Translations under genes and position numbers: made by a program
Shown here: positions 30,302 to 40,244 of the stretch, piece by piece
How the letters are laid out: every line of letters starts with the position of its first letter
Position numbering within the stretch: position 1 is the first letter of the stretch
Notes under the pieces: generated by a model
Told to the model about the DNA's origin: nothing
The model's database searches: none
What the model saw: only the letters and a program-made list of their open reading frames with translations
Source of the DNA: an uncultured delta proteobacterium
GTDB lineage: Bacteria > Desulfobacterota > Binatia > JACPRU01
DNA length: 64,000 nucleotides
NCBI GenBank assembly: GCA_963745025.1
Contig: CAVUWD010000002.1
Location: 96,001 to 160,000 of the forward strand
Reading direction: 5' to 3'

Positions 30302-32698
30302 ATGCGAGCTCTCGAAGGTCTCCGGGTCCTCGAGCTCGGCGAGATGGCGGCCGCCGCCTACGGCGCGAAGCTCATGGCCGACCTGGGCGCGGACGTCGTC
30401 AAGGTCGAGCCGCCGGGGGGCGATCCGGCGCGATCGCGCGGGCCGTTTCCTGCCGGCAAGCCCGATTCGGAGGCGAGCGGCCTCTTTCTCTACCTGAACA
30501 CCAACAAGCGAAGCGTCACGCTGGATCCGGCGCGCGACCGAGGCGAGCTGGAGCGACTCGTCGCGTGGGCCGACATTCTGATTCACAACTATCCGCCGCG
30601 GCGGATGGCGGAGTACGGCATCGACTACGAGCGCTTCCGCGCGCTGAACCCCCGGCTCGTCATGTGCTCGATCACGCCCTTCGGCCTCACCGGCCCCCAT
30701 TGCGGCTACAACGCCTACGAGATCACCACCGTTCACGGCGGCGGATGGGCGTGGCTGTCGCCGGGCGCCTCGGATCATCCCGACCTTCCGCCGCTCAAGC
30801 CGAAGGGCCACCAAGCGGACTTTCAGGGGGGCCTCGCGGGAGCGCTGACCGCGCTCGCCGCCCATCATCGTGCGCGCGAGACGGGGCAGGGAGAGCACAT
30901 CGACCTGTCGATTCAGGAGTTCGTCGCGTCCTTCCTCGAGCAAAACTTCGTCTACTACACGTACCGTGGCCTCGTCGCTTCGCGTCTCGGCAGGCGCTTC
31001 CTCCATCCGTGGGGGATGTACCCGTGTCAGGACGGAATGATCTTCCTGGTGGTGATCGAGCAGGACCAGCTCACGCGGCTCTACGACTTGATCGGAAATC
31101 CCGAGTGGACGACGTGGGAGATCTTCAAGACCCCCTTTACCTGCGCCGAGAACGCCGACGTGCTGCGGATGCAGCTCGAGGAATCGACCAAGCAGTGGAC
31201 GGTCATGGATCTCTTCCGCGCCGGTCAGGAGAAGCGAGTCTGCTTCGCTCCGGTGCTCACGATGGCGGACCTCGCGAACCAGCCGCAGCTCCGCGAGCGG
31301 GGCTTCCTCGTCGAGGTCGAACACCCCAGGGCCGGACGCCTCCGGCACTTGGGGCCCCCGTACCTCTTGAAGGAGCCGTGGTGGAGCATCCGGCGCGCGG
31401 CGCCGCGTCTCGGCGAGCACAACGGCGAGGTGCTCGGGCGCGAGCTCGGTTCGCCGCCGCGCGCGGGGGCCGCGCGCGGCGCCCGTTCGCTTCCGCTCAC
31501 GGGGATTCGCGTCGCGGACTTCAGCTGGGCGTGGGCGGGGCCGTTCTGCGCCATGCACCTCGCGCATCTCGGCGCGGAGGTCATCCGCGTCGAGTCGAAT
31601 GCCCGCCTCGATCTCGGCCGGCGCCTGCCGATCTTCCCGACCGACGTCGAGCCCGGCCCCAATCGATCCGGTTACTTCAACCAGTGGAATCAGGGGAAGA
31701 AGAGCATCCTGCTCGACCTCCGGCGCCCCGAGGCGCTCGAGGTCGCACGCAAGCTCGTCAGCCGCTGCGACGTCGTGGTCGAGAACTTCGCAACCGGCGT
31801 CATAGAGAAGCTCGGCCTCGGCTACGACGAGCTCACGAAGCTTCGTCCCGACATCATCCTCGCGTCGATCTCCGGTTACGGCCACACCGGACCGCAAAAG
31901 CTCTACATGGGCTACGGTCCGGCGATCGTGCCGCTCTCCGGGATCGCCTCGCTCACCGGTTACGAGGGCTCTCCGCCGCAAGAAGTCGGCATCTCCTACG
32001 GCGATCCGAACGGCGGGATCAATGCCGCCGTGGCGATCTGCGCGGCGCTTCTCGGCCGCAGGCGCACCGGTCGGGGACAGCACATCGACGTCTCGCTCTG
32101 GGAAGCGCTGACCGCGCTTTTGCCGGAGGGCTGGATGGAGTACGCGATGAACGGCACGGAGCCCGCGCGCGAGGGCAACCGCGACCCCTGGATGTCGCCG
32201 CACAACTGTTTCCGTGCCAGGGGCGAGGACGAATGGGTGACGATCGCCTGCGGCAGCGACGACGAGTGGCGTGCGCTCGCGCGTGCCGTCGGTGGCGCCG
32301 ACCTCGCGCGCGACGACCGATTCCGGACCGCCGCCGACCGCAAGCGAAACGAGGACGCGCTCGAGGAAATGCTCACGGCGTGGACCCGCGAGCGCGACAA
32401 ATGGGAAGTGACGCAAACCCTCCAAGAGGCCGGGATCGCCGCTTTCCCCTCGATGAACAGCAAGGACCTAGCCGATGACCGGCATCTGAACGAGCGCGGA
32501 TTCTTCGCGCGTTTGCCGCACGCGGAGGTGGGCACACGCACGCACGCCGGGATCCCCTGGCGGCTCGCGAATTCCCCGAACGGCGTGCGCTCGCCCGCCC
32601 CGCTCCTCGGTCAGCACACGGACGAGGTCCTGCGCGACCTGCTCGGTTACTCCGACGAGGAGATCGGGAGGCTCAGGGCGGCGCAGATCTTCTACTGA
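30302..32698 (+). CDS. Family III CoA-transferase (CaiB/BaiF), two fused domains
   Basis: ADLGADVVKVEPPGGD...NTNKRS, then a second domain WAGP...LGAEVIRVE...NQGKKS...GDPNGG. Confidence 0.93.
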   Translation: MRALEGLRVLELGEMAAAAYGAKLMADLGADVVKVEPPGGDPARSRGPFPAGKPDSEASGLFLYLNTNKRSVTLDPARDRGELERLVAWADILIHNYPPRRMAEYGIDYERFRALNPRLVMCSITPFGLTGPHCGYNAYEITTVHGGGWAWLSPGASDHPDLPPLKPKGHQADFQGGLAGALTALAAHHRARETGQGEHIDLSIQEFVASFLEQNFVYYTYRGLVASRLGRRFLHPWGMYPCQDGMIFLVVIEQDQLTRLYDLIGNPEWTTWEIFKTPFTCAENADVLRMQLEESTKQWTVMDLFRAGQEKRVCFAPVLTMADLANQPQLRERGFLVEVEHPRAGRLRHLGPPYLLKEPWWSIRRAAPRLGEHNGEVLGRELGSPPRAGAARGARSLPLTGIRVADFSWAWAGPFCAMHLAHLGAEVIRVESNARLDLGRRLPIFPTDVEPGPNRSGYFNQWNQGKKSILLDLRRPEALEVARKLVSRCDVVVENFATGVIEKLGLGYDELTKLRPDIILASISGYGHTGPQKLYMGYGPAIVPLSGIASLTGYEGSPPQEVGISYGDPNGGINAAVAICAALLGRRRTGRGQHIDVSLWEALTALLPEGWMEYAMNGTEPAREGNRDPWMSPHNCFRARGEDEWVTIACGSDDEWRALARAVGGADLARDDRFRTAADRKRNEDALEEMLTAWTRERDKWEVTQTLQEAGIAAFPSMNSKDLADDRHLNERGFFARLPHAEVGTRTHAGIPWRLANSPNGVRSPAPLLGQHTDEVLRDLLGYSDEEIGRLRAAQIFY

Positions 32699-32786
32699 AG
32701 GAGTCTGCATCCAGAAGCCCGCGCGACTGCGTCTTGATAATCGACGGGTCTTGCGCGATGCAATCGGGGCGGATAGGAGCGCCCCG

Positions 32787-33743
32787 ATGGACGACGCCAC
32801 CCGGCCCGAGGTTTTTCGCAAGATGCTGCTGTCGCGGCGGCTCGAGGAGCGGATCCGCCAGCTGTCGATGGCGGGTGAGCTGCCCGCGACCCTCCATCCC
32901 GGCGCCGGCCACGAGGCTTGCCAAATCGCTGCGCTCGCCGCGCTGCAGTCCGACGATCCCATGCTCTACGGCCACCGCGGCCTCGCCTACTGGATCGCGC
33001 GCGGTCTTCCCCCGGAGAAGATCCTCTGCGACATCGCCTTCAAGGAGGGCGGCACGAACCGCGGCAAGGGCGGCGTGATGCACGTAGTCGACCCCTCGCG
33101 AGGCATCTTCGGCGAGAGCGGCACGCTCGGCGGCAACTTCGTGATCGGCGCCGGCGTCGCGCTCGCGGAGAAGATGCGGAAGACCGGGCGCGTGGTGATC
33201 GTGTTCTTCGGCGATGGCACCTCGAACCGCGGCCAGTTTCACGAGGCGGCGAATTTCGCCGCGGTGCAGAAGCTGCCGTTGATCTTCTTCTGCGAGAACA
33301 ACGGCTGGGCCGTGTCCGTCTCGGCGAAGGTCTCCACGGCGGTCGAGAACATCGCCGACCGCGCCGCCGGCTACGCGATGCCTGGAACGGTCGTCGACGG
33401 GAACGACGTCGACGCCGTCTACGCGGCGGTGCGCGAGGCCGCGGCGCGCGCGCGCGGCGGCGATGGGCCGTCGTTGATCGAGGCCAAGGTGCAGCGCTTC
33501 CACGGCCACTACATCGGCGATCCCGAGCCCTACCGGACGAAGGAGGAGGTGGCGAAGCTCCGCGAGAAGGACCCGCTGCCGCGCCTGCAGCAGGATCTCC
33601 TGCGGCGCGGCCTCCTCGACGACGCGCGTCTCGCGGCGATGGAGAAGGAGATCGCCTCGGCGATCGATCGCGCCGTCGAATTCACCAAGCGCCAGCCGTT
33701 GGTCGCGCCGTCGACCGCCTTCGAGAGCGTGTACGCCGCATGA
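32787..33743 (+). CDS. TPP-dependent 2-oxoacid/acetoin dehydrogenase E1 alpha
   Basis: GHEA, GDGTSNRG...ENN TPP motif, RFHGHYIGD. Confidence 0.93.
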   Translation: MDDATRPEVFRKMLLSRRLEERIRQLSMAGELPATLHPGAGHEACQIAALAALQSDDPMLYGHRGLAYWIARGLPPEKILCDIAFKEGGTNRGKGGVMHVVDPSRGIFGESGTLGGNFVIGAGVALAEKMRKTGRVVIVFFGDGTSNRGQFHEAANFAAVQKLPLIFFCENNGWAVSVSAKVSTAVENIADRAAGYAMPGTVVDGNDVDAVYAAVREAAARARGGDGPSLIEAKVQRFHGHYIGDPEPYRTKEEVAKLREKDPLPRLQQDLLRRGLLDDARLAAMEKEIASAIDRAVEFTKRQPLVAPSTAFESVYAA

Positions 33744-34714
33744 GCCGCCAGATCACCTACGGGCAAGCCATCCGCGAAGCGCTCGTCGAGGAGATGCGGC
33801 GCGATTCTGCCGTGATCCTGTACGGTGAGGACGTCGCCGTCTACGGCGGCATCTTCCGCGTGCTCGCGGGGCTCAGAGAAGAGTTCGGCGAGCGCGTCTT
33901 CGACACGCCGATCTCCGAGAACGTGATCGTCGGCGCGGCGGTCGGCGCGGCGATGGCCGGGCTTCGGCCGGTGGCCGAGCTCCAGTTCGCGGACTTCGTA
34001 CACTGCGCCGCCGACGAGGTGATCCTCAAGGCCGGCACGTGGCGCTATGCCCACGACGGCGCTTTCGAGCTGCCGCTCGTGATCCGCGCGGCCTCCGGCG
34101 GCTTCGGCTACGGCCCGGAGCACTCGCAGTGCCCGGAGGCCTACATCATGCACTCGCCGGGCCTGCGGCTCGCCGTGCCGTCGACGCCGGCCGACGCCAA
34201 GGGTCTGCTCAAGGCGGCGATCCGCATGAACGACCCGGTCGTCTTCTTCGAGCACAAGCTCCTCTACGGCATGAAGGGCGAGGTGCCCGACGGCGAGCAC
34301 ATCGTCGAGTTCGGAAAGGCGAAGGTGCGCCGCGAGGGCTCCGCGCTGACGATCGTTGCCTGGCAGGAGATGCTGCGCCGCTCGCTCGAGGCCGCGGAGC
34401 GGCTCGCGGCCGAGGGCGTGGAGGTCGAGGTCGTCGACCCGGTCACGCTCAATCCCTTCGACCGCGACGCGATCATCCGCTCGGTGCAGAAGACCGGCGC
34501 CTGCATGGTCGTCGAGGAGGCGTACCGGACGCTCGGAGTCGGCGCCGAGATCGGCGCGATGCTGATGGAGAGCGCCTTCGGCGAGCTCGATCGGCCCTTG
34601 CGTCGGCTCGCCATCCCGGACGTGCCGATCCCGACCGCGCCTCACCTCGTCGACGCGCTCGTACCGCGCGTCGACGACATCGTGCAGGCGGCGCGCGAGC
34701 TGGCGCCGAGGTAG
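33740..34714 (+). CDS. 2-oxoacid/acetoin dehydrogenase E1 beta
   Basis: GEDV, FDTPISE, ELQFADF, HSQ, FFEHK; ATGA overlap with E1 alpha. Confidence 0.93.
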   Translation: MSRQITYGQAIREALVEEMRRDSAVILYGEDVAVYGGIFRVLAGLREEFGERVFDTPISENVIVGAAVGAAMAGLRPVAELQFADFVHCAADEVILKAGTWRYAHDGAFELPLVIRAASGGFGYGPEHSQCPEAYIMHSPGLRLAVPSTPADAKGLLKAAIRMNDPVVFFEHKLLYGMKGEVPDGEHIVEFGKAKVRREGSALTIVAWQEMLRRSLEAAERLAAEGVEVEVVDPVTLNPFDRDAIIRSVQKTGACMVVEEAYRTLGVGAEIGAMLMESAFGELDRPLRRLAIPDVPIPTAPHLVDALVPRVDDIVQAARELAPR

Positions 34715-34740
34715 CCCGCTTCGGGTTTCGCGGCGGCGCC

Positions 34741-35973
34741 ATGTCGACGGAGATCCGCATGCCACGGCTCGGCCACTCGATGACCGAGGGCACGGTGGTC
34801 GCGTGGTTGGCAAAGCCCGGCGATCGCGTGCATGCGGGCCAGATCGTGCTGACGATCGAGACCGACAAGGCCGAATACGAGGTCGAGGCGCCCGTCGACG
34901 GCCTGCTCGCGGAGCCGCTCGTCGCCGAGACGCAAGCCGCTGCGGTCGGTGCGGTGCTCGGTTGGGTGCTCGCGCCGGGCGAGGCAAGACCGAGCGTGGC
35001 GGCCGAGGGCGGGGACGAGCGCGCGGCCCGACCGCGCGAAGCTCCGGCGCCGCCGGGGAGCGCCGCGCGCGGCAAGGTTCGCGCGTCGCCGAAGGCGCGC
35101 CGCCTCGCGGAGAGGCTCGGCATCGAGCTCGCGGCGGTCGCCGCGAGCGGACCCGACGGGCTCGTCACGGAGGCCGATGTCGAGCGCGCGGCTCACGAGC
35201 CGCACGACTCGGGCACGCCGGCCGCCGGCGAGTGGAAGGGGCGGGCCGTCCGCGAGCGGCGCCGGCTCGCGCCGATCCGCCGCACGACCGCGCGCCGCAT
35301 GGCCGAGGCGTGGGCGAGCGTGCCGCACATCGTGCAGATGATCGACGTGGACATGGAGGAGGCGCGCCGTCTGCGCGGTCGCTGGAAGGCCGAGGGCGGC
35401 GAGGCCGCGGCGATCACCTACAACGATCTCATCGTCAAGGCATCCGCGCTCGCCCTGGCCGAGCATCCCGATCTCAACGCGGCCGTCGACGGCGACGAGC
35501 TCGTCGTCTTCGCCGAGGTCAACGCCGGAATCGCCGTCGACACCCCGCGCGGCCTCGTCGTGCCGGTGGTGCGGGGCGCCGATCGGCTGTCTCTCCTCGC
35601 GATCTCGCGCGAGTCCCGCCGCCTCGCGGCAAAGGCGCGCGGCGACGGGCTCGACCCCGAGGACTTCGGCGCCGGCACCTTCACGGTCTCGAACCTCGGC
35701 GCGTTCGGAATCCGCGCCGGCACGCCGGTCGTGAACCCGCCCGAGGCCATGCTCGTGTTCGTCGGCGCGGTGGAGGATCGTCCGGTCGTGCGGGACGGCA
35801 CGATCATGGCGCGCCCGACTGTGACGCTCTCGATCGCCTACGACCACCGTGTCGCCGATGGCGCCGCCGCCGCGCGCGTCACGGCGAGGATTCGCGCGCT
35901 GCTCGAGAGCTCCGCGTCCTGGGCGGAGGCTCCGGAAGCGAGCGAAGCCGCGGCGCCGGCGCCCGGGAGATGA
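34741..35973 (+). CDS. Dihydrolipoamide acyltransferase E2
   Basis: Lipoyl motif ETDKA, E3-binding ASPKARRLA, catalytic YDHRVADG. Confidence 0.93.
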   Translation: MSTEIRMPRLGHSMTEGTVVAWLAKPGDRVHAGQIVLTIETDKAEYEVEAPVDGLLAEPLVAETQAAAVGAVLGWVLAPGEARPSVAAEGGDERAARPREAPAPPGSAARGKVRASPKARRLAERLGIELAAVAASGPDGLVTEADVERAAHEPHDSGTPAAGEWKGRAVRERRRLAPIRRTTARRMAEAWASVPHIVQMIDVDMEEARRLRGRWKAEGGEAAAITYNDLIVKASALALAEHPDLNAAVDGDELVVFAEVNAGIAVDTPRGLVVPVVRGADRLSLLAISRESRRLAAKARGDGLDPEDFGAGTFTVSNLGAFGIRAGTPVVNPPEAMLVFVGAVEDRPVVRDGTIMARPTVTLSIAYDHRVADGAAAARVTARIRALLESSASWAEAPEASEAAAPAPGR

Positions 35974-36110
35974 TCCGGGCTGAGCACTGTTGCTCCGCTC
36001 GCTCATCCGCCAAGGCTCTCCACGACGGCATCGAGACGGTCGGTTGCCGCAGCTCCGTGTCGCGTCGGTTCGTCGCGCGGCGAAGCCGAGGAGGACCAAG
36101 GCTCAGGAAG

Positions 36111-36506
36111 TCAGGTTCGCAGGCGCGCAACCACTTTGATCTCGACCAGGCCACCGGGAATCGCGAGCTCGGTGATGCCGATCGCGGTCCATGCCGGATA
36201 GGGCGCCGACAAGTACTTGTCCTTCACCTTCATGAAGGTCCCCAGACTTTTCTGCAGGCCGACATGAAAGGTGGTCATCTCGACTACCTCGGAGAACGAA
36301 ACCCCGGCCGCCTTGAGCACCGACGACAGAGTCTCGAACGCCTGCGTGAATTGCGTTTCGGGATCAGGCGAGGCCTTGCCGTCGGGGCCGGTTCCGATCA
36401 CGCCCGAACAATAGAGCCGGTCCCCGTCCTTGACGGCGGGCGCGAAATGGAACCGCTCGTACAGGCTCTCCTGGCCCTTGGGAATGACGACGTTGCTCTT
36501 GTCCAT
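36111..36506 (-). CDS. RidA family protein
   Basis: CSGVIG, PYPAWTAIG, LVEIKV. Confidence 0.9.
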   Translation of the reverse strand: MDKSNVVIPKGQESLYERFHFAPAVKDGDRLYCSGVIGTGPDGKASPDPETQFTQAFETLSSVLKAAGVSFSEVVEMTTFHVGLQKSLGTFMKVKDKYLSAPYPAWTAIGITELAIPGGLVEIKVVARLRT

Positions 36507-36593
36507 GATGTTTTCCTCTCGTTGGTAGGAAAGTCGTGACGCGATCGGATTGGCACTACTACCTCACGTTCCTTGCGGGCCACTCGGGCGGGG

Positions 36594-37808
36594 TCATCTG
36601 AGAGTTGTGCTCCCGCGATCAGGTCGCGCTCGCGGGCCTGTCTCCGGGACGAGCAGGAAGAGGAAGGCGGAGCCGGCGTAGCAGGCCGCCCAGAAGCCGA
36701 TGCCGGCGAGCGGCGTTGCCGACGCGAGCGTCGACCCGACGACCGGCGAGACGAAGCCGCCGCCGAAGCCCGCGGTGAGCGCGAGCCCGAGCGCGCTCCC
36801 CGCGTAAGCCGGGCCGACGCCGGCGAGCTCGAGGGGCACGACGAACAGGATCGCCACCACACCTGCCGAGAGGCCCCACGCCACCATCACGGCGGCGAGC
36901 GGCATGCCGGTCATCACGGCCGCCGCGAGGACCAGCCCGGAAGAGAGCAGCATGCCCGGGAAGTACACCCGCTTGCGCAGGCCGAGGCGGTCGGAGAGCG
37001 TGGGCAGCACGAGGCTCCCGGCGATGAAGGCGAGGAGCACCAGGCTCATCATGCCTCCAGCCTTCGCCTTCGACATGCCCTGCACCTTCTCGTAGTAGGT
37101 GGGGAGGTACTGGATCACACCGATGTATGCCCCGAGGAAGAGCATGTAGGCGCCCGAGAGGATCCATACAGCCGGAATGCGCGTGACTGCGCGGAGCGAG
37201 GCCAGCGCATTTCCGCCGCCACCGACCGAGCCCTCGCGATCGCGCAGCGTCACGATCCACAGCACGCCGAGCCCGAGCAGGACCAGGCCGAGCCCCTTCG
37301 TGATCGATCGCCAACCGCCGAGCGGCTCGAGCAGGAGCGGTCCCACCGAGAGCGCGAGCGCCTGGCCTGCGCCGTTGCCCGCCAACCCTACGCCGTTGGC
37401 GAAGCCGAACTCGCGCTGCGGGAACCATTGGCCGAGCGCCTTCGGCAGGTTGGGGGCGACCAGCGCGATGCAACCGCCGAAGAGGACCATCGAAGCGAGC
37501 ATCGAGCCGAAGGTCGGGGCCTGGGCGCGCCACAGGAGCGCTGTGCCCATCAGCAGGATCCCGCCGCCCACGACCTTGCGCACGCCGAGCCTATCGCCGA
37601 GGGCGCCTCCCCCGATCGAGCACAGGAACGCGCCGAGCGAGATCCCGGCCCACAGCTTCGAGAATTCGACGAGCCCGACGTTCAGGTCCTGGCAGACGTT
37701 CGTCACCATGACCACGATGTAGAACCACGCCATCCCGGTCGGAAGGAAGTTCGCGAGCACGACCAGACAGAGCACCCACCAGCGATAACGCGGCGCTTCC
37801 TCGCTCAT
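36594..37808 (-). CDS. MFS transporter
   Basis: About 12 TM segments; GALGDRLGVR and LSDRLGLRK motif A. Confidence 0.9.
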   Translation of the reverse strand: MSEEAPRYRWWVLCLVVLANFLPTGMAWFYIVVMVTNVCQDLNVGLVEFSKLWAGISLGAFLCSIGGGALGDRLGVRKVVGGGILLMGTALLWRAQAPTFGSMLASMVLFGGCIALVAPNLPKALGQWFPQREFGFANGVGLAGNGAGQALALSVGPLLLEPLGGWRSITKGLGLVLLGLGVLWIVTLRDREGSVGGGGNALASLRAVTRIPAVWILSGAYMLFLGAYIGVIQYLPTYYEKVQGMSKAKAGGMMSLVLLAFIAGSLVLPTLSDRLGLRKRVYFPGMLLSSGLVLAAAVMTGMPLAAVMVAWGLSAGVVAILFVVPLELAGVGPAYAGSALGLALTAGFGGGFVSPVVGSTLASATPLAGIGFWAACYAGSAFLFLLVPETGPRARPDRGSTTLR

Positions 37809-38321
37809 TGTCGGCATCCTTTCGGATTAGGCCATCGCACGCTGACGCCTCCGGCGCGCGGCTCTCAGGAACGGGGCGGCCACGCCAGCGTGCGGCGGAA
37901 GCTTGCCGCGACCCGCAGCCCCACTTGGCCACGGGGTCGGGTGGAATCGCGAAGAACTCGGAGGCGGGAGATCACGAGGGTAGACTCCACCGAAAGGAGG
38001 TCGTGGATCAAGGGCACGAAGGGCTGTGCGAGCGGCAGCGCCTCGACCACCGCCTCGACACGGGCGCGCTGCGGCTCTCTTCGACGGACCCTCATCCGAA
38101 CCCGCTTCGCTCGATCGCCGGTTGCGGAGTTGAACCGTGCCGGTGAGCTGCGAAGCTGCGTCGCAGATCGCTCCCGTTGGTCGCGAACCGGCTCCGGCCA
38201 GGCGGCCTACCGAGCTAGGAGGGTGTGTCACGGATCGCGGCCTACGGGCACGATCAAAGGGGATGCGACATCCTACCGAGCTAGCGCCCGCCGTCAGGAT
38301 CGAGGTAGAGAGGATCGAGAC

Positions 38322-39332
38322 ATGAAGGAGGAGAGGTCCGACACCGTCAGGCTGCAGCATCTGTCCTGGTCGTTTGGCGCTTCCGCCGCGCTGTTCGCGG
38401 CACTCGACCTCGACGTCTTCACGAAGATCTCGGAGGGAGCCGTCACCCTCGAGGAGATCGCCCGCAGGACCGCAATGGAGGCGCGCAACGTCGATCGCCT
38501 GCTCGCCGTGCTCCACGCCCTCGAACTCGTCGAACGGGCCGGCGATCGATTCCGAAACGCCCCGGACGTCGAGCGCTTCCTGGTGAAGGGGAAGCGCAGC
38601 TATGCGGCTCCCTGGATCTTGTTTGCAGGCAAGGACTGGGCCGATTGGGGCCGGCTCGCCGACCACCTCCGCCGCAGGGGACTTCCGAGACGGCTCGGCA
38701 TGTACGAGGAGCTGACCATCGAGGGGGCGCGGAGATACCACGAAGCGACCTACAGCGTCGGCCTGGGGGCCGGGCGGCGCTTCGCCAAGCAGGTCGACCT
38801 GTCCCGGCGCAAGCTCTTTCTCGACCTGGGTGGGGGCTCGGGGGCGTACTCGATCGCCGCCGCCTCGGCGTATCCGCAGATTCGCGCGATCGTCCTCGAC
38901 CTGCCGCCCGTCGTCGAGGTGGCCAAGGAGTTCATTGCGCGCCATGGCCTGGCCGAGCGCATCGTGACGGTTGCCGCAGACTTCACGCGCGACCCCTTCC
39001 CGCGCGGTGCCGACGTCGTCGTCATGGCGAGCAACTTGCCGCAGTACGCCCCGGTCGTCATCCAGGAGGTCGTCGGTAAGGCGTTTGAAGCTCTCGAGCC
39101 GGGGGGCGAGATGCACCTGGTCGGCGAGATGCTGAACGACGACCGCAAAGGGCCGCTCCTGGCGGCGCTCTACGCGCTCTACGAGGCCATCTTCGACAGC
39201 GGCGGCGTGGCGCACACCGTCGGCGAGTGCATCGGCTACCTGCGGCAGGCGGGCTTCGGCGGCGTGTGCGCGAGAGAATTCATACCCGAGATCCTCACCT
39301 GCGTTTCGGGCGTGAAGCCGGTGTCCGGGTGA
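38322..39332 (+). CDS. SAM-dependent O-methyltransferase (dimerisation domain plus Methyltransf_2)
   Basis: AALDLDVFT N-terminal domain, LDLGGGSG, LDLPPV, ADF. Confidence 0.9.
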   Translation: MKEERSDTVRLQHLSWSFGASAALFAALDLDVFTKISEGAVTLEEIARRTAMEARNVDRLLAVLHALELVERAGDRFRNAPDVERFLVKGKRSYAAPWILFAGKDWADWGRLADHLRRRGLPRRLGMYEELTIEGARRYHEATYSVGLGAGRRFAKQVDLSRRKLFLDLGGGSGAYSIAAASAYPQIRAIVLDLPPVVEVAKEFIARHGLAERIVTVAADFTRDPFPRGADVVVMASNLPQYAPVVIQEVVGKAFEALEPGGEMHLVGEMLNDDRKGPLLAALYALYEAIFDSGGVAHTVGECIGYLRQAGFGGVCAREFIPEILTCVSGVKPVSG

Positions 39333-39375
39333 AGGCCACGACGACCGAGCCTCGGGTCGCCCCGGAGGAGGAGCC

Positions 39376-40242
39376 GTGACGACCAGCGCCAAGGAACCTT
39401 ACGCCACGTTCTCGCCCGACGAGCTCGCGAGCTTGCCTACGGTGTTCCGCGAGGGCCTCTTCCTCGATCGGGTGATCGTGGTGACGGGGGGAGCCGGGGT
39501 GATCGGCACCGCGCTGTGCGTTCTCTTCGGTCGCCTCGGTGCGACGGTTGTCGCATGCGGCAGGAGCCGTGAGCGGCTCGACGAGCTCTCCCGGCACCTC
39601 ACCCGGCTCGCCATCCGCCACTCCACGCATGCGCTCACGGTCCGTGACCCCGAGCAGGTATCCGCGTTCGTGGACGAGGTCTGGCAGCGCCACGGCAGGC
39701 TCGACGTGCTCATCAACAACGCCGGCGGTCAATTTGCGGTCCCTGCGGCGGAGATCACGCCGAAAGGGTGGAGCGCGGTGGTCGAGACCATCCTCTACGG
39801 TACCTGGTACGCGAGTCAGGCGGCCGCCCGGAGGTGGATCGGCAAGAATGCTCCCGGCTCGATCGTAAACGTGACCACGGTGCCCGGCTTCGTAGCCGTC
39901 GGCATTCCACATACCGTGGCGGCTCGCGCGGGGCAGGTGCAGCTGACGCGCGCCCTCGCCCTCGAGTGGGCACCGCACTCGATTCGCGTCAACGGGGTCG
40001 CCGTCGGCGTCGTTTCGGGACCCTCGCTGCATCACTATCCGCCGAACGCGAAGCCGTTCTTCGAAGCGAACCCGATGCGGCGCGTCGGCGACGTGGTCGA
40101 CGTTGCCGAGGCGTGCGCATACCTCGCGGCGCCTTCGGGGAAATTCCTGACGGGCGTGGTTCTTCCGGTGGATGGAGGCGGGTCGGTTTGGGGCGAGTTC
40201 TGGCCGCTCGGCAAGCCGGACTACTTCCGCATCGAGGATTGA
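39376..40242 (+). CDS. SDR oxidoreductase (enoyl/dienoyl-CoA reductase-like)
   Basis: TGGAGVIG, NNAGGQF, HTVAARAG, ALEWA. Confidence 0.88.
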   Translation: MTTSAKEPYATFSPDELASLPTVFREGLFLDRVIVVTGGAGVIGTALCVLFGRLGATVVACGRSRERLDELSRHLTRLAIRHSTHALTVRDPEQVSAFVDEVWQRHGRLDVLINNAGGQFAVPAAEITPKGWSAVVETILYGTWYASQAAARRWIGKNAPGSIVNVTTVPGFVAVGIPHTVAARAGQVQLTRALALEWAPHSIRVNGVAVGVVSGPSLHHYPPNAKPFFEANPMRRVGDVVDVAEACAYLAAPSGKFLTGVVLPVDGGGSVWGEFWPLGKPDYFRIED

Positions 40243-40244
40243 AC

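Noticed and set aside
37865-38095. 76-aa ORF between the MFS and O-methyltransferase genes
   Set aside because: No clear SD or motif; cannot be distinguished from chance.
36573-38321. N-terminal about 580 aa of the 919-aa ORF as a methyltransferase fusion
   Set aside because: It is mostly the antisense shadow of the MFS gene; the real methyltransferase starts at ATG 38322 with its own SD.
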